Assembly (NCBI GenBank): GCA_030594205.1
Contig: JAUVFR010000001.1
Span: forward strand, 71,870-135,869
Length of the DNA stretch: 64,000 nt
Source of the DNA: Methanobacteriota archaeon
Lineage (GTDB): Archaea; Thermoplasmatota; Thermoplasmata; RBG-16-68-12; JAJISG01
Direction: 5' to 3'
This document shows positions 36,726 through 46,537 of the stretch, piece after piece. Under the pieces are notes generated by a model. It did not search any database. It was not told the origin of the DNA and saw only the letters and a list, made by a program, of their open reading frames with translations. The position numbers were made by a program, and so were the translations under genes. Every line of letters starts with the position of its first letter. Position 1 is the first letter of the stretch.

Positions 36726-37484
36726 TTGTTGAATGTCGTGGTGAACCACGAGTTCTTCGCGGCCGGCGCCGTGGGCATCGGTCCGGCCCTTCTCCTTATG
36801 TTCTACACGCTCCGCCGATATGAGTACCCGTTCGTGGAGAAGGCCCTCTTCCGCAGCGAGCGGCTGTTCCTCAGCTTCGCCATCGGGCTGGTGGTCGGCG
36901 TGGTGGCCGCCGTGATTTTCAACTTCTTCCAGATCAATACGACCGTCGCAGCCCTCCTCGCCCTCCTGGCCGTGGCGGTCTTCGAGGAGTCCTTCAAGAT
37001 CGTGTATCTGAACTACAAGCTCTTCCGCGGAAACTTCGACACGGTGTTTTACGGCCCCGGGTTAAGTCTCGGCATCGCGGCCACCTTCAGCATGGCCTTC
37101 GCCTTCCAGGTCTTTACCCAGCCGGACGTCCCACTCGGCGCGCTGGCCGTCAACGTGACGGTACTCGTCCTCCTATCCCTGGGTCTGAACGCCCTTCATT
37201 TCTATACGGGGTCCGTCCAGGGGGCGGGGGCGGGCGGAGGGACGCCCTGGCGATCGTACTTCCAGTCCATGGGTGCCCGGGCGGTCTTCGCCCTGTTGCT
37301 CGCCCCCTTCCTGGCACCCTTCCAGATCCCCAACCCCGCGGTGCTTGTGGGCTTCCTCCTCGTGGCGGTGGGCTTTGCGGTGTATCTGTTCTGGAACGCC
37401 TACAGACGCGTGATTCCGAACGCCCTCCCCTCGGACGTCCGTCGTCGGCTCCGCCGGCAGCCCGCGGGCAAGGAGGCGAGTTAG
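36726..37484 (+). CDS. Polytopic membrane protein, possible PrsW-family intramembrane metalloprotease
   Basis: About 7 TM helices. An EExxK motif (VFEESFK) and an FxxxH motif (LHFYTG) are present, as in PrsW/M82. The evidence is weak. Confidence 0.4.
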   Translation: MLNVVVNHEFFAAGAVGIGPALLLMFYTLRRYEYPFVEKALFRSERLFLSFAIGLVVGVVAAVIFNFFQINTTVAALLALLAVAVFEESFKIVYLNYKLFRGNFDTVFYGPGLSLGIAATFSMAFAFQVFTQPDVPLGALAVNVTVLVLLSLGLNALHFYTGSVQGAGAGGGTPWRSYFQSMGARAVFALLLAPFLAPFQIPNPAVLVGFLLVAVGFAVYLFWNAYRRVIPNALPSDVRRRLRRQPAGKEAS

Positions 37485-37485
37485 G

Positions 37486-37971
37486 TCAACCCAGGAATAC
37501 CAGGGCGGCGACGCACGCCCCGTAGTGGTCCATGGGCACGGAGAGGTCCTGAATCTGGTAGCGAATCGTGCCGAACTCGACCTCGCGGTGGCGCGCCATC
37601 TCTTCGATTTTCCACTCGAGGATTTCCTCCAGGGCCCCTCGGGTCCCGTACATGTGCCCTTCCGCCACGTACCCATGTCCCCCGCCCTTGCGGAAGGCGA
37701 ATGCGATCCCGGCCGCGATCATCTCCCCCTCGTTTCCCCGCATCTGAGCCAGGACGGCGTAGGTGATCATCCCGGCGGGCAGGGTCTTCGGGTTGATCTC
37801 TCGGATGCCGGGAGGCAGTACCGAGGAAACGGAGACCAGGTTCTGCTCGCCGATGCCGGCCCCGATGAGGGCCTTGTCGAAGGCGTTGAGGTCGGATACC
37901 GGACTGACGGCTCCGGCCCCCGTCACGAAGAACCGGGAGGGAACGGGGACCATGGGATCGGTCTCGCCCAT
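37486..37971 (-). CDS. pdaD: Pyruvoyl-dependent arginine decarboxylase
   Basis: The self-cleavage site VSVSSVLPPG (Ser-Ser) is present and the 161-aa product is collinear with MJ0316-type PdaD. Confidence 0.8.
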   Translation of the reverse strand: MGETDPMVPVPSRFFVTGAGAVSPVSDLNAFDKALIGAGIGEQNLVSVSSVLPPGIREINPKTLPAGMITYAVLAQMRGNEGEMIAAGIAFAFRKGGGHGYVAEGHMYGTRGALEEILEWKIEEMARHREVEFGTIRYQIQDLSVPMDHYGACVAALVFLG

Positions 37972-38006
37972 GTCGAATTTACCCGAGCCGCGGACTTAAA
38001 CGTTTC

Positions 38007-38492
38007 TCAGGCGGGAAGGGCCTTCCGCATCCGGCAGGCGTCCTCGCCCCAGGAGTAGTATCCCTCCAACAGGCCGTCCGTTTCGTATCCGAGGCGCTCG
38101 TAGAAGGCGATGGCGGCCTCGTTGTGGACGCCGACTTCCAGGAGCATGACGCGAGCCCCCTTGTCTCGCATGAACTCCTCGGCCTGCCGCATGAGTTCCG
38201 CACCGATGCCCTGACGGCGATGACCCGGGAGGACGCCGAGGGAGACGACCCGTCCCACCTCGCCCTCCTGCCGGAGCATGACGGTGCCGACCGGATGCCC
38301 GTCGACATAGTACAGGTAGGTGGACCCCTGGGGGTTCTTCAGGGTCCAGATGATGTGGGCCTTGGAGAATCCGCGCCGCCCGAAACACTTCTTCTCGATC
38401 TTGTAGAGGGCAGGGACGTCGGAGAGGTCCGCCTGGCGGAGCACGGTGCAGCAATCCGCGCGGGATATTTCAGCGTATCCCGGTTCTCGCAC
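38007..38492 (-). CDS. GNAT-family N-acetyltransferase (RimI-like)
   Basis: The acetyl-CoA binding region RRQGIGAELM...AFYERLGY is present. The probable GTG start gives 161 aa. The remainder of the 414-aa track ORF is antisense to asnS. Confidence 0.7.
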   Translation of the reverse strand: MREPGYAEISRADCCTVLRQADLSDVPALYKIEKKCFGRRGFSKAHIIWTLKNPQGSTYLYYVDGHPVGTVMLRQEGEVGRVVSLGVLPGHRRQGIGAELMRQAEEFMRDKGARVMLLEVGVHNEAAIAFYERLGYETDGLLEGYYSWGEDACRMRKALPA

Positions 38493-38531
38493 AACGTATA
38501 AGAGCGTCCAATCTGCTGGGAGGGAAGTTCG

Positions 38532-39830
38532 ATGACCGAGCGCGTGCCCATCGGGGACATCCTGCGGGGCGATCGCACGGGCCAGTCGGTGAAAGTGCGC
38601 GGCTGGGTGTACCGCACTCGATCCAGCGGCGGCATCGCCTTTCTCCTCCTCCGGGACGCCACCGGGGTTGTCCAATCGACCTTCCGGAAGGAGGAGGTGG
38701 GGGACACCCTGTTCGCCGCCATCGAGGCGACGGGGCGGGAGGCGGCGGTCGTAATCGAGGGGACGGTGGCCGAAGACAAGCGTGCGCCCGGAGGGTACGA
38801 AGTTCGGGGGTCCGCCTTCGAGGTCGTGGGCCCTTCCGCGAACTTCCCTATCGCCCGGGACCTCAGCGAGGAATTCCTGTTGGACGTCCGTCACCTCTGG
38901 ATTCGCTCCCGGCGCATGACGTCCGTTTTCAAGGTCCGCTCGACCGTCTTCCGGGCCATCCACGACTACTTTCGGGAGGAGGGGTTCTACGAGGTCCAGG
39001 CCCCCATCATTACGCCCGTGGGGAGCGAGGGCGGCTCGAGTCTCTTCCAGGTCCGCTACTTCGATCGGGATCTCCACCTGACCCAGAGTTGGCAGCTGTA
39101 CGCGGAGGCCCTGGTCATGGCCCTCGAGCGCATCTACACGATCGCCCCCTCCTTCCGCGCCGAGAAGTCGCGGACCCCACGCCACCTGACGGAGTACTGG
39201 CACGCGGAGATGGAAGTGGCCTGGGAGGGGATGGAGGAAGCCCTGAGGCACGGGGAGGGGGTCATCACCCGGGCTGCCCAGGAGGTGGCGGCCCGCAACG
39301 AGGCGGAGCTGGCCTACCTCGGGCGGGACGCGGACTATCTGCGCAGCATCCGACCGCCCTTCCCGCAGATCACCTACGATGAGGCCCTAGAGCGGCTGCA
39401 GGGCCAGGGTGTGGAGATCGAGTGGGGGAAAGACCTTCGGACGCTCGAGGAGCGGGCCCTCGGGGAGATGTTTGACCTACCCGTAATCGTAACTCACTAC
39501 CCGAAGGAAACCCAGGCCTTCTACAAGCGCACGGACCCGGAGGATCCCGATCTCGTCTTGGCCTTCGACTTCATCGCGCCCGGACGCGGCGGGGAGCTCA
39601 TCGGCGGTTCCGAGCGGGAGCCCGACCTAGAAGTGCTGAAGGCGAACCTCGTACGGACGGGAGAGGACCCGAAAGCCTATGACTGGTACCTGGACACCCG
39701 TCGCTACGGCTCCGTGCCCCACTCCGGCTTCGGCATGGGAGTGGATCGGCTCGTGCAGTGGGTGTGCGACCTCGAACACATCCGGGATGCCATTCCGTTC
39801 CCCCGAACGCCGACGCGGTACGCGCCGTGA
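38532..39830 (+). CDS. asnS: Class IIb aminoacyl-tRNA synthetase, most likely asparaginyl-tRNA synthetase (archaeal AspRS not excluded)
   Basis: An OB-fold N-terminus (VKVRGWVYRTRSSGGIAFLLLRD), motif 2 (FRAEKSRTPRHLTEYW) and motif 3 (GSVPHSGFGMGVDRL) are present. LTQSWQLY resembles the AsnRS motif LTVSGQL more than the AspRS motif QSPQL. Confidence 0.8.
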   Translation: MTERVPIGDILRGDRTGQSVKVRGWVYRTRSSGGIAFLLLRDATGVVQSTFRKEEVGDTLFAAIEATGREAAVVIEGTVAEDKRAPGGYEVRGSAFEVVGPSANFPIARDLSEEFLLDVRHLWIRSRRMTSVFKVRSTVFRAIHDYFREEGFYEVQAPIITPVGSEGGSSLFQVRYFDRDLHLTQSWQLYAEALVMALERIYTIAPSFRAEKSRTPRHLTEYWHAEMEVAWEGMEEALRHGEGVITRAAQEVAARNEAELAYLGRDADYLRSIRPPFPQITYDEALERLQGQGVEIEWGKDLRTLEERALGEMFDLPVIVTHYPKETQAFYKRTDPEDPDLVLAFDFIAPGRGGELIGGSEREPDLEVLKANLVRTGEDPKAYDWYLDTRRYGSVPHSGFGMGVDRLVQWVCDLEHIRDAIPFPRTPTRYAP

Positions 39831-39841
39831 CCCGGTGTGAC

Positions 39842-41008
39842 CTAGGCCTCCGCTCTCTCGAGCTCTCCCAGTAACTCGTGGGCAATGATCATCTTCTGGA
39901 TCTCGTTCGTCCCCTCGTAGATGCCCAGGATCTTCGCATCCCGGAAGTGCCGCTCCACCGGGTACTCGCCGGAGAAGCCGTACCCCCCGTAGATCTGTAC
40001 GGCTCGGTCGGCGCATCGGACGGCCATCTGGGCCCCGAAGAGCTTTGCCAGGCTCACCGCGAGGCGGTTGTCCTCGCCCTGGTCACGCAACCAGGCCGCC
40101 TTCAGATAGAGGAGCCGGGCCGCCTCCACCTCGACGGCCATCTCTGCGATCATCTCCCGGATCAGTTGGAATGCGCCAATCGGTCGGTCGAACGCCCGCC
40201 GTTCTCGGGCGTGCTCGAGGCTGAGCTCGAGGCAAGCCTGCCCAATTCCCACGGCCCCCGCCGCCACCCCGAGGCGTCCATGGTTCAGGACGTACATGGC
40301 CGTTTCCCACCCCTCCCCTTGTCTCCCGATGAGGTGGTCGGCGGGAATGCGACAGTCGTCAAAGGCGAGGTCCGCCGTCGGGGAGGCGCGCAGTCCGAGT
40401 TTCGTGTTCGTCTCCACGTTCGTGACGTGGAAGCCGGGCGTTCCCTGTTTTACGAGGAATGCGGAGATGCCGTCCTGACGCGCGGTGCCCGGCTCCCGGG
40501 CGAACACGACGACGTACTCGGCCAGGTTGCCGTTGCTGATGAACCGCTTGGCGCCGTTGAGGACCCACTCGTCCCCCTCTCGCTTGGCGGTGGTCCGCAG
40601 GTTGGCCGCGTCGGACCCGGCATCGGGCTCTGTGAGGGCCCACGCCCCTAGGAACTCCCCGCGCGCCAAGGGGGCAAGGATCGTCTTCTTCTGCGCCTCC
40701 GTCCCGGCGGCCAGGAGGGTCGTTCCGGCCAAGGAGGTCTGAACGGAGAGGGTGGTCCGTAGCGAGTTGCATCCTCGCGCGATCTCCTCCACCACCAAGG
40801 CAAAGCTCACGTAATCGAGGCCCGCACCTCCGTAGTCCTCGGGAATGGGAATGCCGAAGAAGCCGAGATCGGCCATCTTCTCGGTCACGGTCTGGGGGAT
40901 CGCCCCCTTCTCCTCCCACGCCTTCACGTGGGGGATGACCTCCTTGTCGACAAACGAGCGTGCCGTCTCCCGAATCAGTTTCTGCGCTTCGGAGAGCTGG
41001 AACTCCAC
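39842..41008 (-). CDS. Acyl-CoA dehydrogenase
   Basis: A 388-aa product with ACAD N/M/C domain conservation (GAWALTEPDAGSD, the catalytic Glu region YEGTNEIQ). Confidence 0.9.
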   Translation of the reverse strand: MEFQLSEAQKLIRETARSFVDKEVIPHVKAWEEKGAIPQTVTEKMADLGFFGIPIPEDYGGAGLDYVSFALVVEEIARGCNSLRTTLSVQTSLAGTTLLAAGTEAQKKTILAPLARGEFLGAWALTEPDAGSDAANLRTTAKREGDEWVLNGAKRFISNGNLAEYVVVFAREPGTARQDGISAFLVKQGTPGFHVTNVETNTKLGLRASPTADLAFDDCRIPADHLIGRQGEGWETAMYVLNHGRLGVAAGAVGIGQACLELSLEHARERRAFDRPIGAFQLIREMIAEMAVEVEAARLLYLKAAWLRDQGEDNRLAVSLAKLFGAQMAVRCADRAVQIYGGYGFSGEYPVERHFRDAKILGIYEGTNEIQKMIIAHELLGELERAEA

Positions 41009-41112
41009 GCCCTCACCCGTTCCGCCTACGGGGGGCCGCTTCCTTAAAGGCTTCTCAGGCCACCGTCGGCACCGGCAAGGGCTTATCTCGGCGAGTGGTC
41101 CGACCCGAAGCT

Positions 41113-41619
41113 GTGCAACTCTCCGACGCCGACGTCCGGGTCTGGATGATGGATGGGAAACTCCAGATCAAGGGGTTCCGCGACGGAAACCTGACCCCCA
41201 ACGGCTACGATCTCACGGTCGCCGAGCTCGCTCTCCCCGACGCCGACACTTCGAAGACGGAGGGTTCCCTCGAGATCCCTCCCAAGACCCGGTTTCTCGT
41301 TAGTACGGAGGAGGAGGTCCACCTGGGCCCACGCGTCGCGGGCGACCTCTGGCTTCGCACGACCTGGGCCCGTCAGGGGGTCCTCCCCGCCTTCGGGAAG
41401 GTGGATGCGGGGTTTGAGGGCACCCTCACCCTCTCGGCCTACAACGCCTCGGAACGGCCGCTCGAGATTGCCGTGGGCGACACCTTTGCGCAACTCACCT
41501 TCCACGAGGTGCGTTCGTTGCCCGAAGCCACGTACGCCGAGAGTTCCGGCACGTACCAGGGGCAATCCGGGGTCACGCCGGCCCGATCACCAGATCGAAA
41601 GCGAAGTGGGCCTGAGTAG
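41113..41619 (+). CDS. dcd: dCTP deaminase (dUTPase-fold)
   Basis: TPNGYDLTV and the dUTPase-like beta-strand motifs are present. The probable GTG start at 41113 (…QLSDADVRVWMMDGKLQIKG) is used, because the track ORF start at 40960 overlaps the divergent ACAD gene. Confidence 0.7.
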   Translation: MQLSDADVRVWMMDGKLQIKGFRDGNLTPNGYDLTVAELALPDADTSKTEGSLEIPPKTRFLVSTEEEVHLGPRVAGDLWLRTTWARQGVLPAFGKVDAGFEGTLTLSAYNASERPLEIAVGDTFAQLTFHEVRSLPEATYAESSGTYQGQSGVTPARSPDRKRSGPE

Positions 41620-42577
41620 GCGAGTATCCCCGGACCTCCCGAACGCCGTCCACCTCCAGACTCCGGTCCTCGGGGATGCTCGCCCGCAACGTCTCGATCC
41701 GCTCCTCGCGCTCCGCGCGTTCCAGGATCTCGTAGTAGTGGAGGACTCCTCCGTCCTTGAGGGCGCCCACGGAGAGGGGCACGTAGGGAAGAGGGTCCCA
41801 AGGATAGTCAAGGATGAACCGATCCGCCGGCTCGAACTGGGGAACGACGTCCTCAATGGATCCCTCCAACGGGATTACGGCGTCCGCCCGATTGCGGCGG
41901 ACGTTCTCTCGGAGGAATGCCACGGCTCGAGGATTCGCGTCCACGGCGTAGACCCGACCGGCCCCCGCCTGGTCGGCGTGGAGGGCAAAGGGGCCCACGC
42001 CACTGAAGGCGTCCACCACCACTTCCGGGCCTCGGATGAGTCCAGCGACCCGACGCCGCTCGGACGCCACCCGGGGAGAGAAATGAACCTCGGCCGGGTC
42101 CAGCGCGAGGGCTAGGCCGAATTCGTGGTGGAGGGTCCGGGTCTCCCTTCGGCCCGCGATGACCCGAAGAGCGCGCTCTCGGTACGAACCTTGTACCCCC
42201 TCGTCCGCGGCGACGGTCCTCGCCCCGCGATGCATCTGCAGGAACGCGTCCCCGATCGCGGCTTCATAAGGTCGGAGCGCCTCCGGCAGCCGAACGATGA
42301 CCACTTCGCCCACCACGTCGAATGCGCGCGGGAGAAGGGGTCGCAGGTCCTCTGGCACGCGTACGAGGTCCCGATACGTCCGCGGTCGGCTCGCGCGTAC
42401 GTCGAGGTTCACCGATTCGATGGGGTAGCCGAGGGGCTTTTCCTGGGTGACGGGGATAAGCAGTTCTCCGTTCCGCTCGACGATCTTTCGATCCAGCCGG
42501 AGCACCCCGGCCTCTCTGAACCGACGACGCGCCGCTTCGCCCTCCTCCTTGGGCACGACCGCGACGTAGGAAGCCAC
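41573..42577 (-). CDS. trm5: tRNA (guanine37-N1)-methyltransferase, Trm5/TYW2 family
   Basis: Class I SAM MTase motif I (VVDAFSGVGPFAL), DANP and Trm5-type N-terminal domains are present in a 334-aa product. Confidence 0.75.
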   Translation of the reverse strand: MASYVAVVPKEEGEAARRRFREAGVLRLDRKIVERNGELLIPVTQEKPLGYPIESVNLDVRASRPRTYRDLVRVPEDLRPLLPRAFDVVGEVVIVRLPEALRPYEAAIGDAFLQMHRGARTVAADEGVQGSYRERALRVIAGRRETRTLHHEFGLALALDPAEVHFSPRVASERRRVAGLIRGPEVVVDAFSGVGPFALHADQAGAGRVYAVDANPRAVAFLRENVRRNRADAVIPLEGSIEDVVPQFEPADRFILDYPWDPLPYVPLSVGALKDGGVLHYYEILERAEREERIETLRASIPEDRSLEVDGVREVRGYSPTQAHFAFDLVIGPA

Positions 42578-42612
42578 GGGCTCCGCATGGCGCCGCGGGG
42601 CCTAAGGGTTCC

Positions 42613-43260
42613 GTGAGGACCGCGAGCCCGTTCCGGATAAAGCCTTATACACCCTCATCGAGTTGGCCCCTCGGAGAATCCGTGGCGGGAGTCCTTCGAA
42701 CTTCTTGGAAGGCCCTCCTCGCGCAGGCCTTTCGCCGGTACTTCGTCAACACCGTCTTCGATTCCACGTTCGTCTCGATGGGGATCGTCGTCGCGTCGGC
42801 CCTGGTTCCCGACTCGAGCGTGGGGACCGTAGTCGGCACGATGTTCGCCGTCAGCCTGGCCCTCGGGATCTCCACGGGCACCAGCGTGTACGAGGCGGAG
42901 AAGGTGGAAGCGGAAATCCGGCTCCGCGAACTGGAGCGCGCTATGCTCACGCCCCTAGACGGGACGGAAGCAACGCGCGTGCTGGATGTCTCCCGATACA
43001 TCGTCGTCACGGTCAACGCCGTGGCCCCCCTGGCCGTCTTCGTTGCGACCGCTTCCCCCTTCTTTCTCTCCTCCTCCCTGACCATTCTCGGGATTCCCAC
43101 CGCTTTTTTCTCCGTGGCCATCGCCATGGTGGTGCTCTTCCTGGTCGGCACCTATCTCGGGCGGCTTACGGGTCGGCCGGCCTGGCTCAAGGGGTTGCGC
43201 ATGGCCGTCATTGGGATCGCGACTTTCGGGGCCATCTGGATCATCCAGGGCCTCTTCTAG
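42613..43260 (+). CDS. VIT1/CCC1-family (DUF125) membrane protein
   Basis: YFVNTVFDSTFVSMGIVVASALV matches the VIT-family N-terminal motif, and 4-5 TM helices are predicted. Confidence 0.5.
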   Translation: MRTASPFRIKPYTPSSSWPLGESVAGVLRTSWKALLAQAFRRYFVNTVFDSTFVSMGIVVASALVPDSSVGTVVGTMFAVSLALGISTGTSVYEAEKVEAEIRLRELERAMLTPLDGTEATRVLDVSRYIVVTVNAVAPLAVFVATASPFFLSSSLTILGIPTAFFSVAIAMVVLFLVGTYLGRLTGRPAWLKGLRMAVIGIATFGAIWIIQGLF

Positions 43261-43268
43261 GGAGGCCC

Positions 43269-44066
43269 ATGGGCGCGCTCGTCTTCATTGGCCTCGGCCT
43301 CCACGACGAACGGGACATCACCGTGCGGGCCCGTGGTGAGGCGCGCCGCTGCGAGCGGCTGTTCGCGGAGTTCTACACGTCCCGCCTGATGGGGTCCTCT
43401 GTCCGGGATCTTGAGTCGACCCTTCATCAGGAGATCCGCGTGCTGACCCGGGAGGAGGTGGAGGAGGGGCGCCTGGTCCTGGAGGCCGCAAAGAATGGGA
43501 ATGTGGGCTTCCTGGTCGCGGGCGACCCGATGGCCGCCACGACCCATGTGGATCTCCGCCTTCGCGCCCATCGCCTTGGGATTGCGACCCGCGTCGTTCC
43601 CGGTGTTTCGGCGCTCACCGCCGCCGCCGGCGCCCTGGGCCTGCAGCACTACAAGTTCGGGCGCACCACGACCCTCCCTATCCGAGAGGCGGGCTTCGCC
43701 CCTACGAGCCCCTACGACGTGGTCGAGGCCAACCGGACCGCCGGCCTACACACCTTGACCCTCTTGGACCTGAAGGAGGACCGGTTCCTGACGCCGCGGG
43801 AGGGTCTCGCGTATCTGCTGGAGATGGAGGACCGGTTTGCTCGAGGGGTCCTCGGCCCGGATACAGTGGCCTGCATTGCGGGGGCCTTGGGGTCCCCCAC
43901 GCCCACCCTCCGGGCGGATCGCCTGGAAAGGCTGCTGGGGGCCGACCCGGGTCCGCCCCTCCACGTGCTCGTTATCCCCGGGCCGCTCCACTTCCTCGAG
44001 GTGGAGGCCCTCGTGGCCTTCGCTGGTCTCCCCGAGGCGGTGGCGGAAGAGATCAATCCGCCCTGA
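43269..44066 (+). CDS. dph5: Diphthine synthase (diphthamide biosynthesis methyltransferase)
   Basis: MGALVFIGLGLHDERDITVRA at the N-terminus and tetrapyrrole-methylase fold conservation are present. The ATG follows GGAGG (43261-43265). Confidence 0.85.
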   Translation: MGALVFIGLGLHDERDITVRARGEARRCERLFAEFYTSRLMGSSVRDLESTLHQEIRVLTREEVEEGRLVLEAAKNGNVGFLVAGDPMAATTHVDLRLRAHRLGIATRVVPGVSALTAAAGALGLQHYKFGRTTTLPIREAGFAPTSPYDVVEANRTAGLHTLTLLDLKEDRFLTPREGLAYLLEMEDRFARGVLGPDTVACIAGALGSPTPTLRADRLERLLGADPGPPLHVLVIPGPLHFLEVEALVAFAGLPEAVAEEINPP

Positions 44067-44799
44067 GGTTGTCGGCATCCCAACGAAGGAGGGTGACGGT
44101 CTTCTCGAGGTGGAGGGTGTCCTCGGGGAACGCTTCGCGGGCGGCCCGCACTGCTTCACGGTGAAGATCCTCCGGGGTTTCCCATTGGCCAGAGTAGATC
44201 CGGTTTTCCAAGGCGTCAAGGGAGTCTTCCGTCCGGCGTTCCTCGGAGAAGGTCCCCACGAGCGTGCGTCGCCGCGGGGGCAGACGGTCCGGGAGGTCGC
44301 GCTCGAAAACGCCCCTCTGCGGTCGCTCGTATCCCGAATCCCGGATGAAGTCCCAATACACCCGATACGGCGATCGACCTTGCGTCCAAGTGGTCGCCAC
44401 GGTGAAGTAGCTCTCTCGGATCACACGGCGGATCTCCGCCAGCGCTGCCTTCCAATCGGACAGCAGGTGAAGGACGTGGACGGAGAGGGCCGCCTCAAAG
44501 GCGGCGTCCCGGAAGGGAAGCGTCAGCGCGTCCCCCAGGAGAACGTCGCGAAGCCCCTTGTCCCGTCCTCGCGCGATCATACGAGGGGCGATGTCCACGC
44601 CGACAAGAGGGATGCCCCGTCGTTGCAGGGGAATCCCGAAACGCCCCGTTCCTACCCCCACTTCCAGGACCCGGTCGTAGGCAGAGAGGGCGTCGACGAG
44701 GGCGTCCGCGATCGGCTCCATCTGGGAAGGGGGCAGGGTCCGCGTTTCATCGTAGCAGTGGGCAATCCGGTCGAAACTGACGCGCTGCGGAGCCGACAC
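44053..44799 (-). CDS. Class I SAM-dependent methyltransferase
   Basis: The SAM motif I context (LEVGVGTGRFGIPL) and motif II (GVDIAPRMI) are present in a 248-aa product. Confidence 0.7.
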   Translation of the reverse strand: MSAPQRVSFDRIAHCYDETRTLPPSQMEPIADALVDALSAYDRVLEVGVGTGRFGIPLQRRGIPLVGVDIAPRMIARGRDKGLRDVLLGDALTLPFRDAAFEAALSVHVLHLLSDWKAALAEIRRVIRESYFTVATTWTQGRSPYRVYWDFIRDSGYERPQRGVFERDLPDRLPPRRRTLVGTFSEERRTEDSLDALENRIYSGQWETPEDLHREAVRAAREAFPEDTLHLEKTVTLLRWDADNLRAD

Positions 44800-44823
44800 G
44801 GATTCGATTAGACAAGCTCGCGC

Positions 44824-44880
44824 TTTTAACCTGCGTGAGCCGGGGTAGTTTCACCCAACCCCCTGAAATACCCTTATATC
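44824..44880. promoter_or_regulatory. Divergent archaeal promoter elements: TTTTAA (44824-44829, for the minus-strand MTase, leaderless spacing) and a BRE/TATA GAAATACCCTTATAT (about 44865-44880) about 35 nt upstream of radA
   Basis: These are the only A/T-rich hexamers in the 115-nt intergenic region. Spacing to the start codons is 25-37 nt. Confidence 0.35.
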
Positions 44881-44914
44881 GACCTCAACCCTACTCAGAG
44901 GGACGGTAGTTGAC

Positions 44915-45862
44915 ATGGCCGCAACCACAACGACCATTGAAGAGCTGCCGGGGGTTGGACCGGCCACAGCCGATAAACTGAAGGAGGCCGGCTTCAACGA
45001 CCTGATGGCGCTTGCGGTTGCTTCCCCGCAGAGCCTGGCCGACGTCGCCGAGATTGGTAACTCCGCGGCGCAGAAGATCGTCCTCGCGGCCCGAGAGGTC
45101 GTCGACATCGGCGGCTTCGAGACCGGGGACGTTCTCCTCGAACGGCGGAAGTCCGTCAACAAGGTCACGACCGGTTCGAAGGGCTTGGATTCGCTGTTGG
45201 GGGGCGGCGTCGAGACCCAGGCTATCACAGAAGTTTTCGGCGCTTACGGGTCGGGAAAGACACAGCTGGGCCACCAGCTAGCCGTCAACGCGACGCTGCC
45301 GGTGGACCAGGGAGGCCTGGGCGGGGAGACGGTCTGGATCGACACGGAATCGACCTTCCGGCCGGAACGGATCGTCCAAATGTCCCTGGATCAGGAGCTG
45401 GATCCCGAAGCGATCCTCCAGAAGATTCACGTGGCCCGGGCCTTCAATTCCCATCACCAGATGCTTCTCGTGGAGAAGGCCAACGAGCTCGCCCAGACGG
45501 ACACGATTCGTCTCTTCGTCGTGGACTCCATGACCTCGCATTTCCGGGCCGAATACGTGGGTCGGGGCGTGTTGGCGGAGCGACAGCAGCTCCTGAACCG
45601 CCACATCCACGACATCATGCGATTCGGCGACGTCAACAACGCAGCCATTTTCGTGACCAACCAAGTCATGGCCAAGCCGGACGCCTTTTTCGGGGACCCG
45701 ACCCGACCCATCGGGGGACACGTAGTCGCCCATGCCAGCACCTTTCGCATCTACCTGCGTAAGAGCAAGGGGGAGCGACGAATCGCGCGCCTCATCGATT
45801 CCCCCAACCTGCCGGAGGCGGAGGCGATCTTCACCATCACCGAGCCTGGCATCCGGGACTAG
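44915..45862 (+). CDS. radA: DNA repair and recombination protein RadA
   Basis: The N-terminal HhH ([12 protein letters not shown]), Walker A ([10 protein letters not shown]) and Walker B ([15 protein letters not shown]) are present in a 315-aa product. Confidence 0.95.
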   Translation: MAATTTTIEELPGVGPATADKLKEAGFNDLMALAVASPQSLADVAEIGNSAAQKIVLAAREVVDIGGFETGDVLLERRKSVNKVTTGSKGLDSLLGGGVETQAITEVFGAYGSGKTQLGHQLAVNATLPVDQGGLGGETVWIDTESTFRPERIVQMSLDQELDPEAILQKIHVARAFNSHHQMLLVEKANELAQTDTIRLFVVDSMTSHFRAEYVGRGVLAERQQLLNRHIHDIMRFGDVNNAAIFVTNQVMAKPDAFFGDPTRPIGGHVVAHASTFRIYLRKSKGERRIARLIDSPNLPEAEAIFTITEPGIRD

Positions 45863-45886
45863 GCCTCTCCGCGAGGGTATCGTGCG

Positions 45887-46537
45887 GTGGAGATCCACAG
45901 AATCGTCGACCCCTCCTTCGATGTAAACCTCTACCTCGTCCTTGGACGGGAGGAGGCGATCCTCGTGGACGCGGGCACGGGCCATCGCTCGGACCTGGTG
46001 GCAGGCGAGATCGAAGCACACCTGGAGGGACGGCCGCTCCAACAGCTGGTCCTGACACACCGGCACTTCGACCACGTCGGGGGCACCAACGATCTTGTGG
46101 CGCGCTACGCCGTCACCCCGCGCGTCTCGGCGGAGGACGCCTCCCCGATCGTCGAAGGCGACGCCCGCAGTACGGGAGCGGCCTTCTTCGGGGGCACTCT
46201 CGAGCCTGCGGTGGTCGAAGTCATCGCGGAGGGCGACAAGATCGACGTGGGAGGGGGAAGCCTGGAAGTGCTCTCCACGCCGGGCCACACGGTGGGAAGC
46301 ATCTGCCTCCGGGGGGACGACGGTTCCCTCTTCACCGGGGACACCGTGTTCCCGCATGGGGGCGTGGGCCGATGGGACTTCGAAACGGGAAACTTCGACC
46401 AGCTGTTCGCCTCCATCAGGCGCTTGAACGCCCTGGGAGTGCGCGATCTCTACCCGGGTCACGGTGTTCCAGTCCAGGACGAGGCATCGGAGCACCTTGC
46501 CTGGGCCCTCGCGACGCTGGAGGGGTACGGGGGATGA
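45887..46537 (+). CDS. MBL-fold metallo-hydrolase
   Basis: THRHFDHVGG (HxHxDH), GHTVGS and a downstream His/Asp ligand are present. Confidence 0.8.
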   Translation: MEIHRIVDPSFDVNLYLVLGREEAILVDAGTGHRSDLVAGEIEAHLEGRPLQQLVLTHRHFDHVGGTNDLVARYAVTPRVSAEDASPIVEGDARSTGAAFFGGTLEPAVVEVIAEGDKIDVGGGSLEVLSTPGHTVGSICLRGDDGSLFTGDTVFPHGGVGRWDFETGNFDQLFASIRRLNALGVRDLYPGHGVPVQDEASEHLAWALATLEGYGG